Origin: an uncultured Gemmatimonadales bacterium
Lineage (GTDB): Bacteria; Gemmatimonadota; Gemmatimonadetes; Gemmatimonadales; Gemmatimonadaceae
Length of the DNA stretch: 64,000 nt
Assembly (NCBI GenBank): GCA_963793305.1
Contig: CAWBZV010000004.1
Span: forward strand, 64,001-128,000
Direction: 5' to 3'
The notes below the pieces were generated by a model. The model had not been told where the DNA came from. It ran no database searches and was given only the letters and a program-made list of their open reading frames with translations. Below are positions 19,084 through 29,300 of the stretch, piece by piece (within the stretch, counting starts at the first letter, position 1; each line of letters opens with the position of its first letter). The position numbers and the translations under genes are program-made.

Positions 19084-19908
19084 GTGTGCCCACGATTTTC
19101 GGCAGTCGTCGCGGGGTTCGCGCTCGTCACTGCCCTCGTCGCCGCCACGGCTCACGCGCAATCGTCCATCGCGATTGACGAGCGCTTGGCGGCCGCCGCG
19201 CACCTCGGCGTCGGCGACCGCGTCGTGCTCACATCCGAACCCGGCGTGCGCGGCGACACCTTCGTGGTCGGCGCCATCACCCGTCGCGGCGCCGACCCGA
19301 GTGAGGTCGCGCGCGACGGCTATCGCGTCCGTCTCCATCTCGGCGATCTGCAACGGCTCCTCGGCGCCGGCGATCGCGTGAGCCGATTCGCGGTCGCCAG
19401 CACCGACCCCGCTCGTACGCTCGCACGAATCAATAGCGTGGCGTTCGGATTTCGCGCGTATCCGTCGGCCGAGATTGCCGTCCGCACCTCGAAAACGTTT
19501 CGTGTGCTCCGGCGATTCCATGCCGCGATTGGCGTGATCACCATCGTGGCCAGCGCCATTTTCTTACTGTGCATTCTGCTGCTCAAGGTCGATGAGCGCC
19601 GGCGAGACATTGCCGCGCTACGCCTCATGGGGGTCTCGCGCACGTCTGTCATCACGATGGTCGTGTTCGAGGCTGCGCTGATATCACTCGTGGGGACCGC
19701 GTTCGGCGCCTTGGTGGGTTGGGTGGGATCTCTCGTGATCAACTGGCACTACCAAGGGGTCTATCACACTCCCCTCACGTTTTCGTTAGTGACACCAGGG
19801 ATACTGGGATTCGCGGCCGGGCTGTCGATCCTGCTGGGGCTCGGCGCGGGACTGACCGCGGCCACGCGACTCGTGCGCCGGCCACCGCTCGCGCTCCTCG
19901 GCCGCTGA
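19084..19908 (+). CDS. FtsX-like ABC permease, C-terminal half with a signal peptide in place of TM1
   Basis: AHA-Q signal-peptide-like start, ERRRDIAALRLMGVSR coupling helix, three C-terminal TMs. Confidence 0.82.
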   Translation: MCPRFSAVVAGFALVTALVAATAHAQSSIAIDERLAAAAHLGVGDRVVLTSEPGVRGDTFVVGAITRRGADPSEVARDGYRVRLHLGDLQRLLGAGDRVSRFAVASTDPARTLARINSVAFGFRAYPSAEIAVRTSKTFRVLRRFHAAIGVITIVASAIFLLCILLLKVDERRRDIAALRLMGVSRTSVITMVVFEAALISLVGTAFGALVGWVGSLVINWHYQGVYHTPLTFSLVTPGILGFAAGLSILLGLGAGLTAATRLVRRPPLALLGR

Positions 19909-19910
19909 CC

Positions 19911-21075
19911 ATGCGTCGCCGTCTCGCCTTCGCCTCGCTTAGACGCCGCCGCGCGCGATCGCTGCTCGCCATTCTCGGCGTCGCGGTCTCGGGCGCGCTC
20001 TTGCTGGACATGGTGATGCTCGCCGGCGGAATGCGCGACTCGTTCCGCAAGCTGCTCCTGGTGCGCGGATTCCAACTGCGCATCGCGCCCAAAGGCACGC
20101 TGCCATTCGACACGCAAGCGACGATCGGTCAGGCGTCGGAGATCATCGCCACCCTGCGCACCAATCCCGACATCGTCACCGTGAGCCCGATTCTGGGCCT
20201 CAAGCTGCACGTGCCGAGTCGCAACGTGACGACCGTCGCGATCGGGCTCGATGGCGACGTGCAAGCCGACTACGAGTTGCTCTCCGGCGGGCCGGTGTCC
20301 GGCGCCGATCACATCGTCGCCAACCAGGCGTTCTTGGATGCGACTCGCGCGCGAGTTGGCGATACCCTCACCGTCGCCGTCGGATATGACACGCCGCGGC
20401 GTCGGGTCGTGATCGCCGGCATCGCTCGATTTTTCTATACGGCCGCCGGCGAGCTGGTCGTCGCCGTGCCGCTCGCGACGCTGCAAGCGATGGGCGGACC
20501 AATGGCGACCGATCGGGTGTCGCTCTTCATGGCGCGCGTGCGCGAAGGCGCCGAACGTCGAGCGCGCGAGACAGTGGATCGCGGACAAGATCCCTCGCAT
20601 CTCGGCCATCTCGACCGGGACGGCCCTGCAGCAGTTTGATGAACGCATGGGCTACTTCCGCCAACTCGCCGTGATCCTCGGCTCGATCAGCTTGGGCGTC
20701 GGGTTCCTGCTGGTCACCACCTTGGTGACGGTCTCCGTGAACGAGCGCGTCGGTGAGATCGCGGTCATGCGCGCGATCGGCGTCAGCCGGCAGCACGTCG
20801 TCGAGCAAATCGTCCTGGAAGGCGTCGCATTGGCGCTCACCGGCACGATCCTCGGCATGGGCCTCGGCCTCGTGACCGCCCGCGCGTTCAACGCGATTCT
20901 GTCCGATTTTCCGGGACTGCCGGCCGCGTTCGAGTTCTTCGTGTTCCGTCCGCGAGACGCATACGCGGCCATGACGATGCTGGCCGCCGCCGGCGTGCTG
21001 GCGGGCATTTATCCCGCGTGGAGAGCCGCGTCGCTGCCCGTGGCCGATACGCTGCACGGCGAGGCCATCGCGTGA
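19911..21075 (+). CDS. MacB/FtsX ABC permease (frameshift near 20552)
   Basis: RSLLAILGVAVS TM1 and periplasmic domain in the first frame. ERVGEIAVMRAIG and YPAWRAA in ORF 20647..21075. Confidence 0.85.
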
Positions 21076-21806
21076 CGATCGCGATCGCCACGCCGACGCC
21101 ACGGCCGCTCCTCAAGTCGGAGTTGCTGAGCGCGCGAGCCTTGGTCCGCGACTACCCGGTCGGTGGCGAGATCGTGCGCGCCGTGCGCGGGATCGACCTC
21201 GAGGTCACGGCCGGCGAGTACGTCGCGATCGTCGGCCCCTCCGGCTGCGGAAAATCCACGCTGCTCAACCTGCTGGGCGCGATCGACCGGCCGACGAGCG
21301 GCACCGTCGCCATCCGCGCGCTCAACGTCGGCGCGATGACCGACACGCAGGCCACGCTGTTCCGGCTGCACAACATCGGGTTCGTGTTTCAGCGCTTCTA
21401 CCTCATGCCGACGCTCTCCGCGCGTGAGAACGTCGAGCTGCCGATGGCGGAAGCCGGCGTGCGGAGCGCCGAGCGCGCGTCGCGTGCCCACGAGCTGTTG
21501 GAGTACGTGGGACTCTCGGACCGGGAACGTCACCGGCCCACGCAGCTCTCCGGTGGAGAGCAGCAGCGGGTGGCGATCGCGCGGGCGCTCGCCAACCGGC
21601 CCGCGCTGTTGCTGGCCGACGAGCCGACCGGCGAGCTCGATGCGCAGACCGGCGCCGAGATCATCGCGCTGTTCGGCCGTCTCAACGCGAAGGGCACGAC
21701 CATTCTCGTCGTCACCCACGACGAAGACCTCGCCGCGGCCGCGGCACGGGTGATCCATATGCGGGATGGACGCATCATCGCCGATGAGACACGGCGGCGA
21801 TCATGA
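21072..21806 (+). CDS. ABC transporter ATP-binding protein (LolD/MacB type)
   Basis: GPSGCGKST, LSGGEQQRVAIARAL, LLADEPTGELD, VVTHD. Confidence 0.96.
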   Translation: MTIAIATPTPRPLLKSELLSARALVRDYPVGGEIVRAVRGIDLEVTAGEYVAIVGPSGCGKSTLLNLLGAIDRPTSGTVAIRALNVGAMTDTQATLFRLHNIGFVFQRFYLMPTLSARENVELPMAEAGVRSAERASRAHELLEYVGLSDRERHRPTQLSGGEQQRVAIARALANRPALLLADEPTGELDAQTGAEIIALFGRLNAKGTTILVVTHDEDLAAAAARVIHMRDGRIIADETRRRS

Positions 21807-23116
21807 TGCGTCTGTTGGCGGTCCGCAATTTCCTGTACAAGCCCTGGCGGTCGCTCCTCCTCTTCCTCGGGTTCGGCCTCGGCGTCTCGGTCATGATCAT
21901 CCTGCTCTCGATCGGCGAGGCCATGGTCGATCAGGCGCAGGACGAGCGGCTGGTCGGCGGCGGGAACATCACCGTGCTGCCGGACGGCATGGACATCGAG
22001 GTCATGAAGACCGGAGGGCTCGGCAGCTTGTTTCTGTCGATCAACAATGCGCGGTTCGTGTATCTGCAACTGCTGGCCAAGCAAAAGGCCGCGCCGCAGG
22101 ATGACGACGAGTTGCTCTATCTCACGACGCCCGACGGCGTCCAGCGACCGGTGTTGGCTGCGGGTGACATTCCGTCGGCGCAACGTGCGGTCGGTGCGAT
22201 GCCCGTGCTGGCGGCTGGTACGTGGACGGATGACAGTGCCGATCGGCGATGGATCGCGCCGACGCCGGCGGAGCTCGAGAACGATATCGACCATTTTCAC
22301 ACGCCGGCGACCGATCCGACCTGGGCCGAGTGGCATTACTTCAACGTGCTGTCGAGTGATCACGCGCGGTGGGCGTTCATCACGTTCATCGTCGGCGCGC
22401 GCGGCGCGCGAATGCTCGTGACCACGCACGCGACTGGAAAGCCGGCGCAACGCTTCACCGCCGACATCCCGCTCTCGGGCGTGCGAACGTCTACGACCCG
22501 CGCTGATGTCACCATCGGGGCGTCCTCGGTCACCGTGCGCCCTGACGGACGGTACGCGGTCCGCGTGCGGATACCCCATCTCTCGACCGATCTCGTGGTC
22601 TCACCACATCCGGGCGCGTACTTCCCCGGGGCGCCCGGCTACACTGTTCCAGCGCTCCTCGCCGATGCGTCGGGACAGCTGTGCATCGACTCAAAATGCG
22701 AACAGTATGATCGCGTGCAGGCGTACCACGACCACAATTGGGGCGTATGGCGCGGCGTCACTTGGGACTGGGGAGCCGCACGGATGGGCCAATATGGCGT
22801 CCTGTACGGACGGGTCAGAGCCCCGGATTCGGTGTCGACGGGCGCGCCCGTGTTCGTGTATCTGGTGGACTCGTCGGGATTCCGGGCGATGTTCCGGCCG
22901 GAGCGCGTCGTCTATGATGACGACAAGCACGCTCCGAGACATGCGACGCTGACAGACGTGCACGGCGCCGACACCTTGCGCCTCGATCTCGACATCCAGG
23001 ACGCCTCGGTGACCGACCATTTCGTTCAGATGAAGGGCATCGCGCACCTGAGCGGCCGCGCGGGCGGCGGCGTGCTCGCCGGACAGGGTGCGGGGTTTTT
23101 CGAGACGTACCGGTAA
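21803..23116 (+). CDS. MacB-type N-terminal TM segment fused to an AttH/CrtC-like (lipocalin-like) domain
   Basis: LAVRNFLYKPWRSLLLFLGFGLGV (MacB TM1-like), then WAEWHYFN, YHDHNWG and TWDWG. Confidence 0.65.
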   Translation: MMRLLAVRNFLYKPWRSLLLFLGFGLGVSVMIILLSIGEAMVDQAQDERLVGGGNITVLPDGMDIEVMKTGGLGSLFLSINNARFVYLQLLAKQKAAPQDDDELLYLTTPDGVQRPVLAAGDIPSAQRAVGAMPVLAAGTWTDDSADRRWIAPTPAELENDIDHFHTPATDPTWAEWHYFNVLSSDHARWAFITFIVGARGARMLVTTHATGKPAQRFTADIPLSGVRTSTTRADVTIGASSVTVRPDGRYAVRVRIPHLSTDLVVSPHPGAYFPGAPGYTVPALLADASGQLCIDSKCEQYDRVQAYHDHNWGVWRGVTWDWGAARMGQYGVLYGRVRAPDSVSTGAPVFVYLVDSSGFRAMFRPERVVYDDDKHAPRHATLTDVHGADTLRLDLDIQDASVTDHFVQMKGIAHLSGRAGGGVLAGQGAGFFETYR

Positions 23117-23737
23117 CTAGCCGGCCGGGGTCAACCGCGCCCCCGCCATCGCCCGGAATGGCATCCCGTTGATCGAGCTCTGATAGCCGAACTGCACGGC
23201 CATGAGCGTACACGCGCCGGTCAGCGTGAAGAGATGCACCAGCGTCACTGGCGTGCACGCGCCGTGTACGACGACGCCCTGCACACCCGCGACCGTATTG
23301 GATCCGGTGAGGCCCGGCGCGGTACTGTCCGCGTAGTACACGACTTGCGACTCGGCCGTGTCGCGCACGTAGTTGATGGTGACCTCGAGAAAGCTGAACG
23401 GCATGAGATCGCCGGTCCACGCCGCGAGCACGTACGTCGAATCCACGCGTGTCGAGATCGGCGTGATCGTCGCGTACGCGACGGCCCAATAGATGTTGGA
23501 CTGGCCCGCGACATCGATCTCGACCGGCGTCCGGGGGGCGCCGAACGCGAGGCCGTTGTCGATCTGCTGGAGCCAATGGATGCGGGAATCCGAGGGCGAG
23601 AGCACCCCCGCCAACGAATCGTAGTGCAATGCCAACTGCGCCGTCGTCAGCGCCGGTGGCAACGGCCCGCTCGACTGATCGCCCACGCAGGCCGCGATCA
23701 GCAGTGTTGCGGCCAACCCTCCCGCACGCCGCCGCAT
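23117..23737 (-). CDS. Hypothetical lipoprotein (LALHxD family, paralog 1)
   Basis: IAAC lipobox, LALHYDSLA, DSTYVLAAW, C-x14-C-x6-F. Confidence 0.75.
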   Translation of the reverse strand: MRRRAGGLAATLLIAACVGDQSSGPLPPALTTAQLALHYDSLAGVLSPSDSRIHWLQQIDNGLAFGAPRTPVEIDVAGQSNIYWAVAYATITPISTRVDSTYVLAAWTGDLMPFSFLEVTINYVRDTAESQVVYYADSTAPGLTGSNTVAGVQGVVVHGACTPVTLVHLFTLTGACTLMAVQFGYQSSINGMPFRAMAGARLTPAG

Positions 23738-23748
23738 ATTCGCACAAT

Positions 23749-26163
23749 CTACTCCGGCCGCATGGCAATAACGGGATCAATGACGGCCGCCCGGCGCGCG
23801 GGGAGCCACGAGGCGAGCGCCGCGACGGCGAGCAGCGCCACCGACACGGCCTCGTACGTCGGCGGATCGTCGGGCCGAACGCCATAGAGGAGCGTGGCGA
23901 GCACGCGGCCGCCCATGATGGCCACCGCGAACCCCAGCACCAGTCCCGCGCCGGCGAGACGCACGCCCTGGCCCACGACCATGCCGATGACTTGTGATTC
24001 GCGGGCGCCGAGGGCGACGCGGATGCCGAGCTCGCGGCGGCGTTCGCGGACCGAGTAGGCGAGCACGCCGTAGATCCCGATCACGGCCAGGATCAGTGCG
24101 ACGATGGCGAAGGCACCGACCACGGTGGCGTAGAGACGCGGGGCGGCGACGGATTGGCGGACGGCCTCGACGAACGTTCCGGCGGCGAACACCGGGATCG
24201 TCGGGTCGATTTGCGCCACGGCCTGCGGCGCGGCGCGCAGCACCGTGCCGGACGCCGCCGTCGTGCGCACGACGAACGTCTCGTAGCCGATCGACATCTG
24301 GTCGTACGCCGCGTAGACGGTCGGGCTGGCGTCAGCCTTGAGATCCCGCACTTTCGTGTCGCCGACGATACCGACGATCTCTCCGCCCATCGTGACCGTG
24401 TCCACTCCCCGCCCGGACGAATCGACTGTCCATCCGACGGTCATGCGCTTGCCGATGGGATCCTCGCCGGCGAAGTACTGCTTGACGAGCGATTCGCTCA
24501 CGACGATGACCTGGTGCCCACCGGGCCGATCGGCATCGGTGAACACGCGCCCTCGGCGAACCGGGATGCCCATCGCCGAGAAGTATTTCGGCGTGACGAT
24601 CTGCACGTAGGCGACGGACTTGTGCTCGGGTGGATCGGGTGGACGCCCGGCGATGTGCAGCGTGCTCCGGGACGCACCGTCGCCGAACGGCACGCCGAAA
24701 GCCGCCGCCGCGGCCACCGTTCCCGGCAGGCGCTCGAGATTCCCGATGACACCGTGCGTGAAGCCGCGGAGCTGCGCAAACGACTTGTATTGTGCGTCAG
24801 GGAGATTCACGTCGAATCGCACGACGTGTTCCGGCACGAACCCCGGATCGACGGCCATTGTCCGCACGAAGCTCTTGGTCAAGAGCCCCGCCCCAATGAG
24901 CAGCAACACGGCCAGCGCTGTCTCGGCGATCACGAGTCCGCTGCGCAAGCGACTGGACCGGCGGTGCGCGCTCGCGCCACGCATGTCCGCCTTGAATGAG
25001 GTCTGCATCGCGGGCAGGATGCCGAACACGAGACCACTCAGGGTGGCCGTGACGAGCGTGAACAGCAACACGCGCGTGCTCAGCGTGACTTCATCCAATC
25101 GCGGCAGATTGCCGGGGTGCGTCGCCGCCAGGAATTGAATGCCAGCGGATGCGAGCAGAATGCCGCAGGCGCCGCCCAGGAAGGCGAGGAGGCCGCTTTC
25201 GGTGAGCAGTTGGCGGATGATGCGCTGACGGCTGGCGCCGAGGGCGATGCGCACGCCGATCTCATTCGCTCGCCCGGTGGCGCGGACCAGCAGCAAGTTG
25301 GCGACGTTCGCGCAGGCAATGAGGAGGACGCAGCCGACCGCGCCGAACAGGATGAGGATCGCGTGGCGGGAGCTGCCCACGATCATTTCCTGCAGCGGTG
25401 TCAGCGTGTAATGAAAGCCGCCGTCATGGAGCATGTGTTGCGCAACGATCCGGTCGCTGACCGTCACGAACTCCTGCTGGGCGCCGGCGAATGTGGCGCC
25501 CGGCGCCAGGCGGCCAATGATCCCGAGATAATGCGCGCCCCGACCGTCCTCGCTCAGCGCTTGTTGAGAGAACGTCTCCGGCATCCAGAGGTCGGGATTG
25601 TCGGGATATCGCAGGGTCGGCGGCGCGATCCCGATCACCGTATACGGCTTGCTATCGAGATCGAGTGTGCGGCCGATCGTCGCGGGATCGGCGCCGAATC
25701 GCGACCGCCAGAGTGCGTCGCTCAAGATCACGACCTTCGCCGGGTCGACTTGATCATCCTCTGGCGCGAACGCGCGTCCGTGCTCGACGCGGACGCCGAG
25801 CAGTGAAAACCAGTTCGCGCTCACGCCGGAGGACTTGAGGCGGACCGGCGCCGCGACCCCGGTCAAATTCACGGTGCCGGGATCGAACGCGGCGAGTGCG
25901 CTCAGCCGATGGACCTGCTCTCTCCAGTCCCGGAAATCCGGAGGTGAGACGGCGTTCGAGTGGCCCTTCGGGTTCACCACAGCCACCAAGCCCTCTGGCG
26001 ATCGGAACGCCAGCGGGTTGAGCAGCACGCCATTGACGACGCTGAAAATCAGCGTGTTGGCGCCGATCGCGATCGCCAGCGTGCCGGCGACGGCAGCCGT
26101 GAACCCCGGCGTCGCTCGGAGGCTCCGCATAGCCGTCCGGAGGTCCTGAAAGAGTGCGTCCAT
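23749..26163 (-). CDS. Duplicated orphan ABC permease (ADOP-like, two MacB_PCD/FtsX repeats)
   Basis: QDLRTAMRSL, LLIACANVANLLL..EIGVRIALGA, second ELGIRVALGA, PARRAAVIDPVIAMR. Confidence 0.92.
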   Translation of the reverse strand: MDALFQDLRTAMRSLRATPGFTAAVAGTLAIAIGANTLIFSVVNGVLLNPLAFRSPEGLVAVVNPKGHSNAVSPPDFRDWREQVHRLSALAAFDPGTVNLTGVAAPVRLKSSGVSANWFSLLGVRVEHGRAFAPEDDQVDPAKVVILSDALWRSRFGADPATIGRTLDLDSKPYTVIGIAPPTLRYPDNPDLWMPETFSQQALSEDGRGAHYLGIIGRLAPGATFAGAQQEFVTVSDRIVAQHMLHDGGFHYTLTPLQEMIVGSSRHAILILFGAVGCVLLIACANVANLLLVRATGRANEIGVRIALGASRQRIIRQLLTESGLLAFLGGACGILLASAGIQFLAATHPGNLPRLDEVTLSTRVLLFTLVTATLSGLVFGILPAMQTSFKADMRGASAHRRSSRLRSGLVIAETALAVLLLIGAGLLTKSFVRTMAVDPGFVPEHVVRFDVNLPDAQYKSFAQLRGFTHGVIGNLERLPGTVAAAAAFGVPFGDGASRSTLHIAGRPPDPPEHKSVAYVQIVTPKYFSAMGIPVRRGRVFTDADRPGGHQVIVVSESLVKQYFAGEDPIGKRMTVGWTVDSSGRGVDTVTMGGEIVGIVGDTKVRDLKADASPTVYAAYDQMSIGYETFVVRTTAASGTVLRAAPQAVAQIDPTIPVFAAGTFVEAVRQSVAAPRLYATVVGAFAIVALILAVIGIYGVLAYSVRERRRELGIRVALGARESQVIGMVVGQGVRLAGAGLVLGFAVAIMGGRVLATLLYGVRPDDPPTYEAVSVALLAVAALASWLPARRAAVIDPVIAMRPE

Positions 26164-26176
26164 GGTCGCTTGTATA

Positions 26177-26190
26177 GGAAGCCATATGCC
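26177..26190 (-). promoter_or_regulatory. Possible sigma-54-like -24/-12 element for the permease
   Basis: Minus strand GGCATATGGCTTCC against consensus GGCAC-N5-TTGC; the conserved -12 G is missing. Confidence 0.3.
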
Positions 26191-26287
26191 GGGAAGTCAA
26201 TCACACCTAACCGACTAAACAGTAACAGTTTACAGTGCGTGACGCAGTCACGCCTGTGTTCATGAGTGGGACTTCCGGTTCGCTTGT

Positions 26288-26303
26288 TTCGGCATATCTT
26301 CGG
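26288..26303 (+). promoter_or_regulatory. Candidate SOS/LexA-type operator TTCGG-N6-TTCGG overlapping a TATCTT -10-like box
   Basis: TTCGG CATATC TTCGG ends 4 nt before the dnaE2 ATG at 26308. Confidence 0.55.
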
Positions 26304-26307
26304 GTGC

Positions 26308-29300
26308 ATGGACTACGTAGAACTCCACTGTCACTCGGCCTTCTCCCTGCTCGACGGCGCCGCATCGCCCGAGACCCTGGTGAGTCAGGCTGCCGCCCTT
26401 GGGTACAGGGCGTTGGCGCTGACGGATCACGATGAGCTCGGCGGGTTTGTTCGCTTCGCACAAGCCGCACAAGAGATCGATGGATTCAAGCCGATCATCG
26501 GCGCCGAGCTCACGGTCGGCGCGCATCATCTCGTGCTACTCGCTGAGACGCGCGAAGGGTACGGCAACCTCTCGACGCTGATCACGCGCGGCCGAATGGA
26601 CTCGCCGCGCGGCCAACCGTCGGTGTCACTCGATCTCGTCGCGCGGCACGCCGCCGGGCTTACGGCACTCACGGGGTGCCCGCGCGGATGGGTGCCGTCG
26701 GCGCTCGTCGCCGATGGACCGCACGTCGCGAAAGCCGCGGCCGGGACGTTGCTCGACATCTTCGGCCGCGAGCACTTGGGCGTAGAGTGCTGGAATCACG
26801 GGCTTCCCGAAGAGCGCCAGGTCGTGCGCGGCCTGATCCCGATCGCGCGAGCGCTCGGCGTTCCTTGGGTCGTCACGAACGACGTGCACTATGCCGAGTC
26901 GCGGCTGGCGCTCGTGCACGACGTGTTATCGAGTCTGCGGCACTCGACGACCCTCGACGAGATGGGGACGCGGCTCAAGCCAAACGCCGAATGGTATCTC
27001 AAGAGCGCAGCCGAGATGCGGCGCCAGTGGCCCGACGCCACCGGGATGCGATCGACGCTCGCCATCGCCGAACGCTGCGCGTTTCGGTTGGCGCAACTCG
27101 AACCGACGCTGCCCAAGTTTCCGGTCGACGAGCCCGATGCCTATCTCGCCGAGCTGGTCGAGCGTGGAGCCACCGAGCGGTGGGGCGCCGATCGGACCGA
27201 GAAACACCGGCGCCAGCTCCAGCACGAGCTGGCGATGATCAAGCAACTCGGCTACGCGGGGTTCTTCCTCATCGTCTGGGACATCATGCGGTTCGCACGG
27301 GACGAAGGCATCCTGGCGCAGGGCCGTGGCTCGGCCGCGAACTCGGCCGTCTGCTATTGCCTCGGCATTACGGCAGTCGATCCCATCAAGATGGGACTCT
27401 TGTTCGAGCGCTTTTTGAGCGAAGGCCGCAAAGAGCCGCCCGACATCGATCTCGACTTCGCGCACCGCGAGCGCGAGCGCGTGATCCAATATGTCTATAC
27501 TCGATACGGGCGCGAGCACGCGGCGATGGTCTGCGAGCAGATCACGTATCGTGGCCGCTCGGCGGTCCGCGATGCCGCGCGCGTGTTCGGATTCTCCGTC
27601 GAGCAAGCCGGCGCGCTCGCCGATGTGAGCGACCGGTTCTCGGCCAAGCAAACCGCTGCGACGCTGCGCGGAGCCGTGGCGCCAACGATGGAGGGCGTCG
27701 GTCGCGATCCGACGACGTCGATCCGGCCGAGAACCGAAGGCTCCGATGACGTGCTGACGCAGGCCGGACTCGATCCCGACGATCGCCGGGTCAAGCTCCT
27801 GGCCGATGTCGTCGAAGGACTCGATCAGCTGCCGCGGCATCGATCGATCCACGTCGGCGGGTTCGTGCTCACCGAGGAGCCGTTATCGACCGTCGTCCCC
27901 ATCGAGCCCGCGTCGATGCCCGATCGCACGGTGATCCAGTGGGAACGCGATGACCTGGATGGCGCGGGATTGATCAAGATCGACCTGCTGGGCCTGGGCA
28001 TGCTGACGCTGCTCCAGGATTGCATCAAGTACATCAAGGAGACCCGCGGGGTCACGATTGATTTCTCGCAACTCGACATGTTCGACAAGCGCGTCTATGA
28101 GAGCATCAGCCGCGCGGACACGATCGGCGTGTTCCAGATCGAGAGTCGCGCACAGATGCAGACGCTGCCGCGGTTGCAACCGCGCTGCTTCTACGATCTC
28201 GTCATCGAGGTCGCGATCATTCGCCCGGGGCCCATTCAGGGCGACATGGTGCATCCGTATCTGCGCCGTCGGGCCGGCGTCGAAGATGTCACGTATCCGC
28301 ACCCCAAGCTGCGTCCGATTCTCGAGCGCACGCTCGGCGTGCCGCTGTTTCAAGAGCAAGGCATGCAGGTCGCGATCTCCTGCGCGGGGTTTTCTCCGAG
28401 CGAAGCCGACAATCTCCGTCGGGCGATGGGGCACAAGCGCTCGCGCGAGAAGATGGCGGCGATACACGATGCGCTCGTCGACGGCATGGCCAGGAACGGC
28501 ATCGCGTCGGAGCTCGCCGAGCGAATTTACAAGCAGATCAATGGGTTCGCGGATTACGGCTTTCCGGAATCGCACGCCGCGAGTTTCGCCCTGCTGGTCT
28601 ACGCCTCTGCCTATCTCCGCTACTACTACGCCCCGGAATTTCTGGCGGCGATTCTCAATGCACAGCCCATGGGGTTCTACGCCGCGGGGACGCTCGTCGA
28701 GGACGCACGACACCATGGCGTCGAGGTTCGCCCGATCGATCTCACGCACTCGGATTGGGATTCCACGCTCGAATGCGACACCGATCCACCCGCGACTCGT
28801 CTCGGGTTGCGCTGCGTACGCGGACTCGGGACCGCGGCGAAGACCGAGTTGGCGCGCGCGCGAGCCGCGGGTCCGTTCGCGTCCGTCGAGGACTTTGTGA
28901 AGCGGGTCAGGCTCGACCGACGGGCGGTGCGGCAGCTAGCCGAAGCGGGGGCGTTTGATACGATGGTCGGTGGGACTCGGCGCGAGGCCTTATGGAATGT
29001 GCTCGAATCGCTGCGTGGAACCGGCGGCCCGCTCGTCGTGCACCGCCCGGTCGCCACGCCACCGGTGTTGCCACCGATGGAGCCCTACGAGCTGACGGCA
29101 GCCGACTACCGCACGACCGGCTTGTCGCTCAACGGGCACCCGATGATCCATCTCCGTGAGACGGTACGACTCAACGGCGTGCGCACCGCGCGCGACATCG
29201 TGGCGCGGGGGAAGGACGGCGAGTCGATCGCTGCCGCGGGCCTCGTCATCTGCCGCCAGCGGCCTGGCACGGCCAAGGGGTTCGTCTTTTTGACGCTCGA

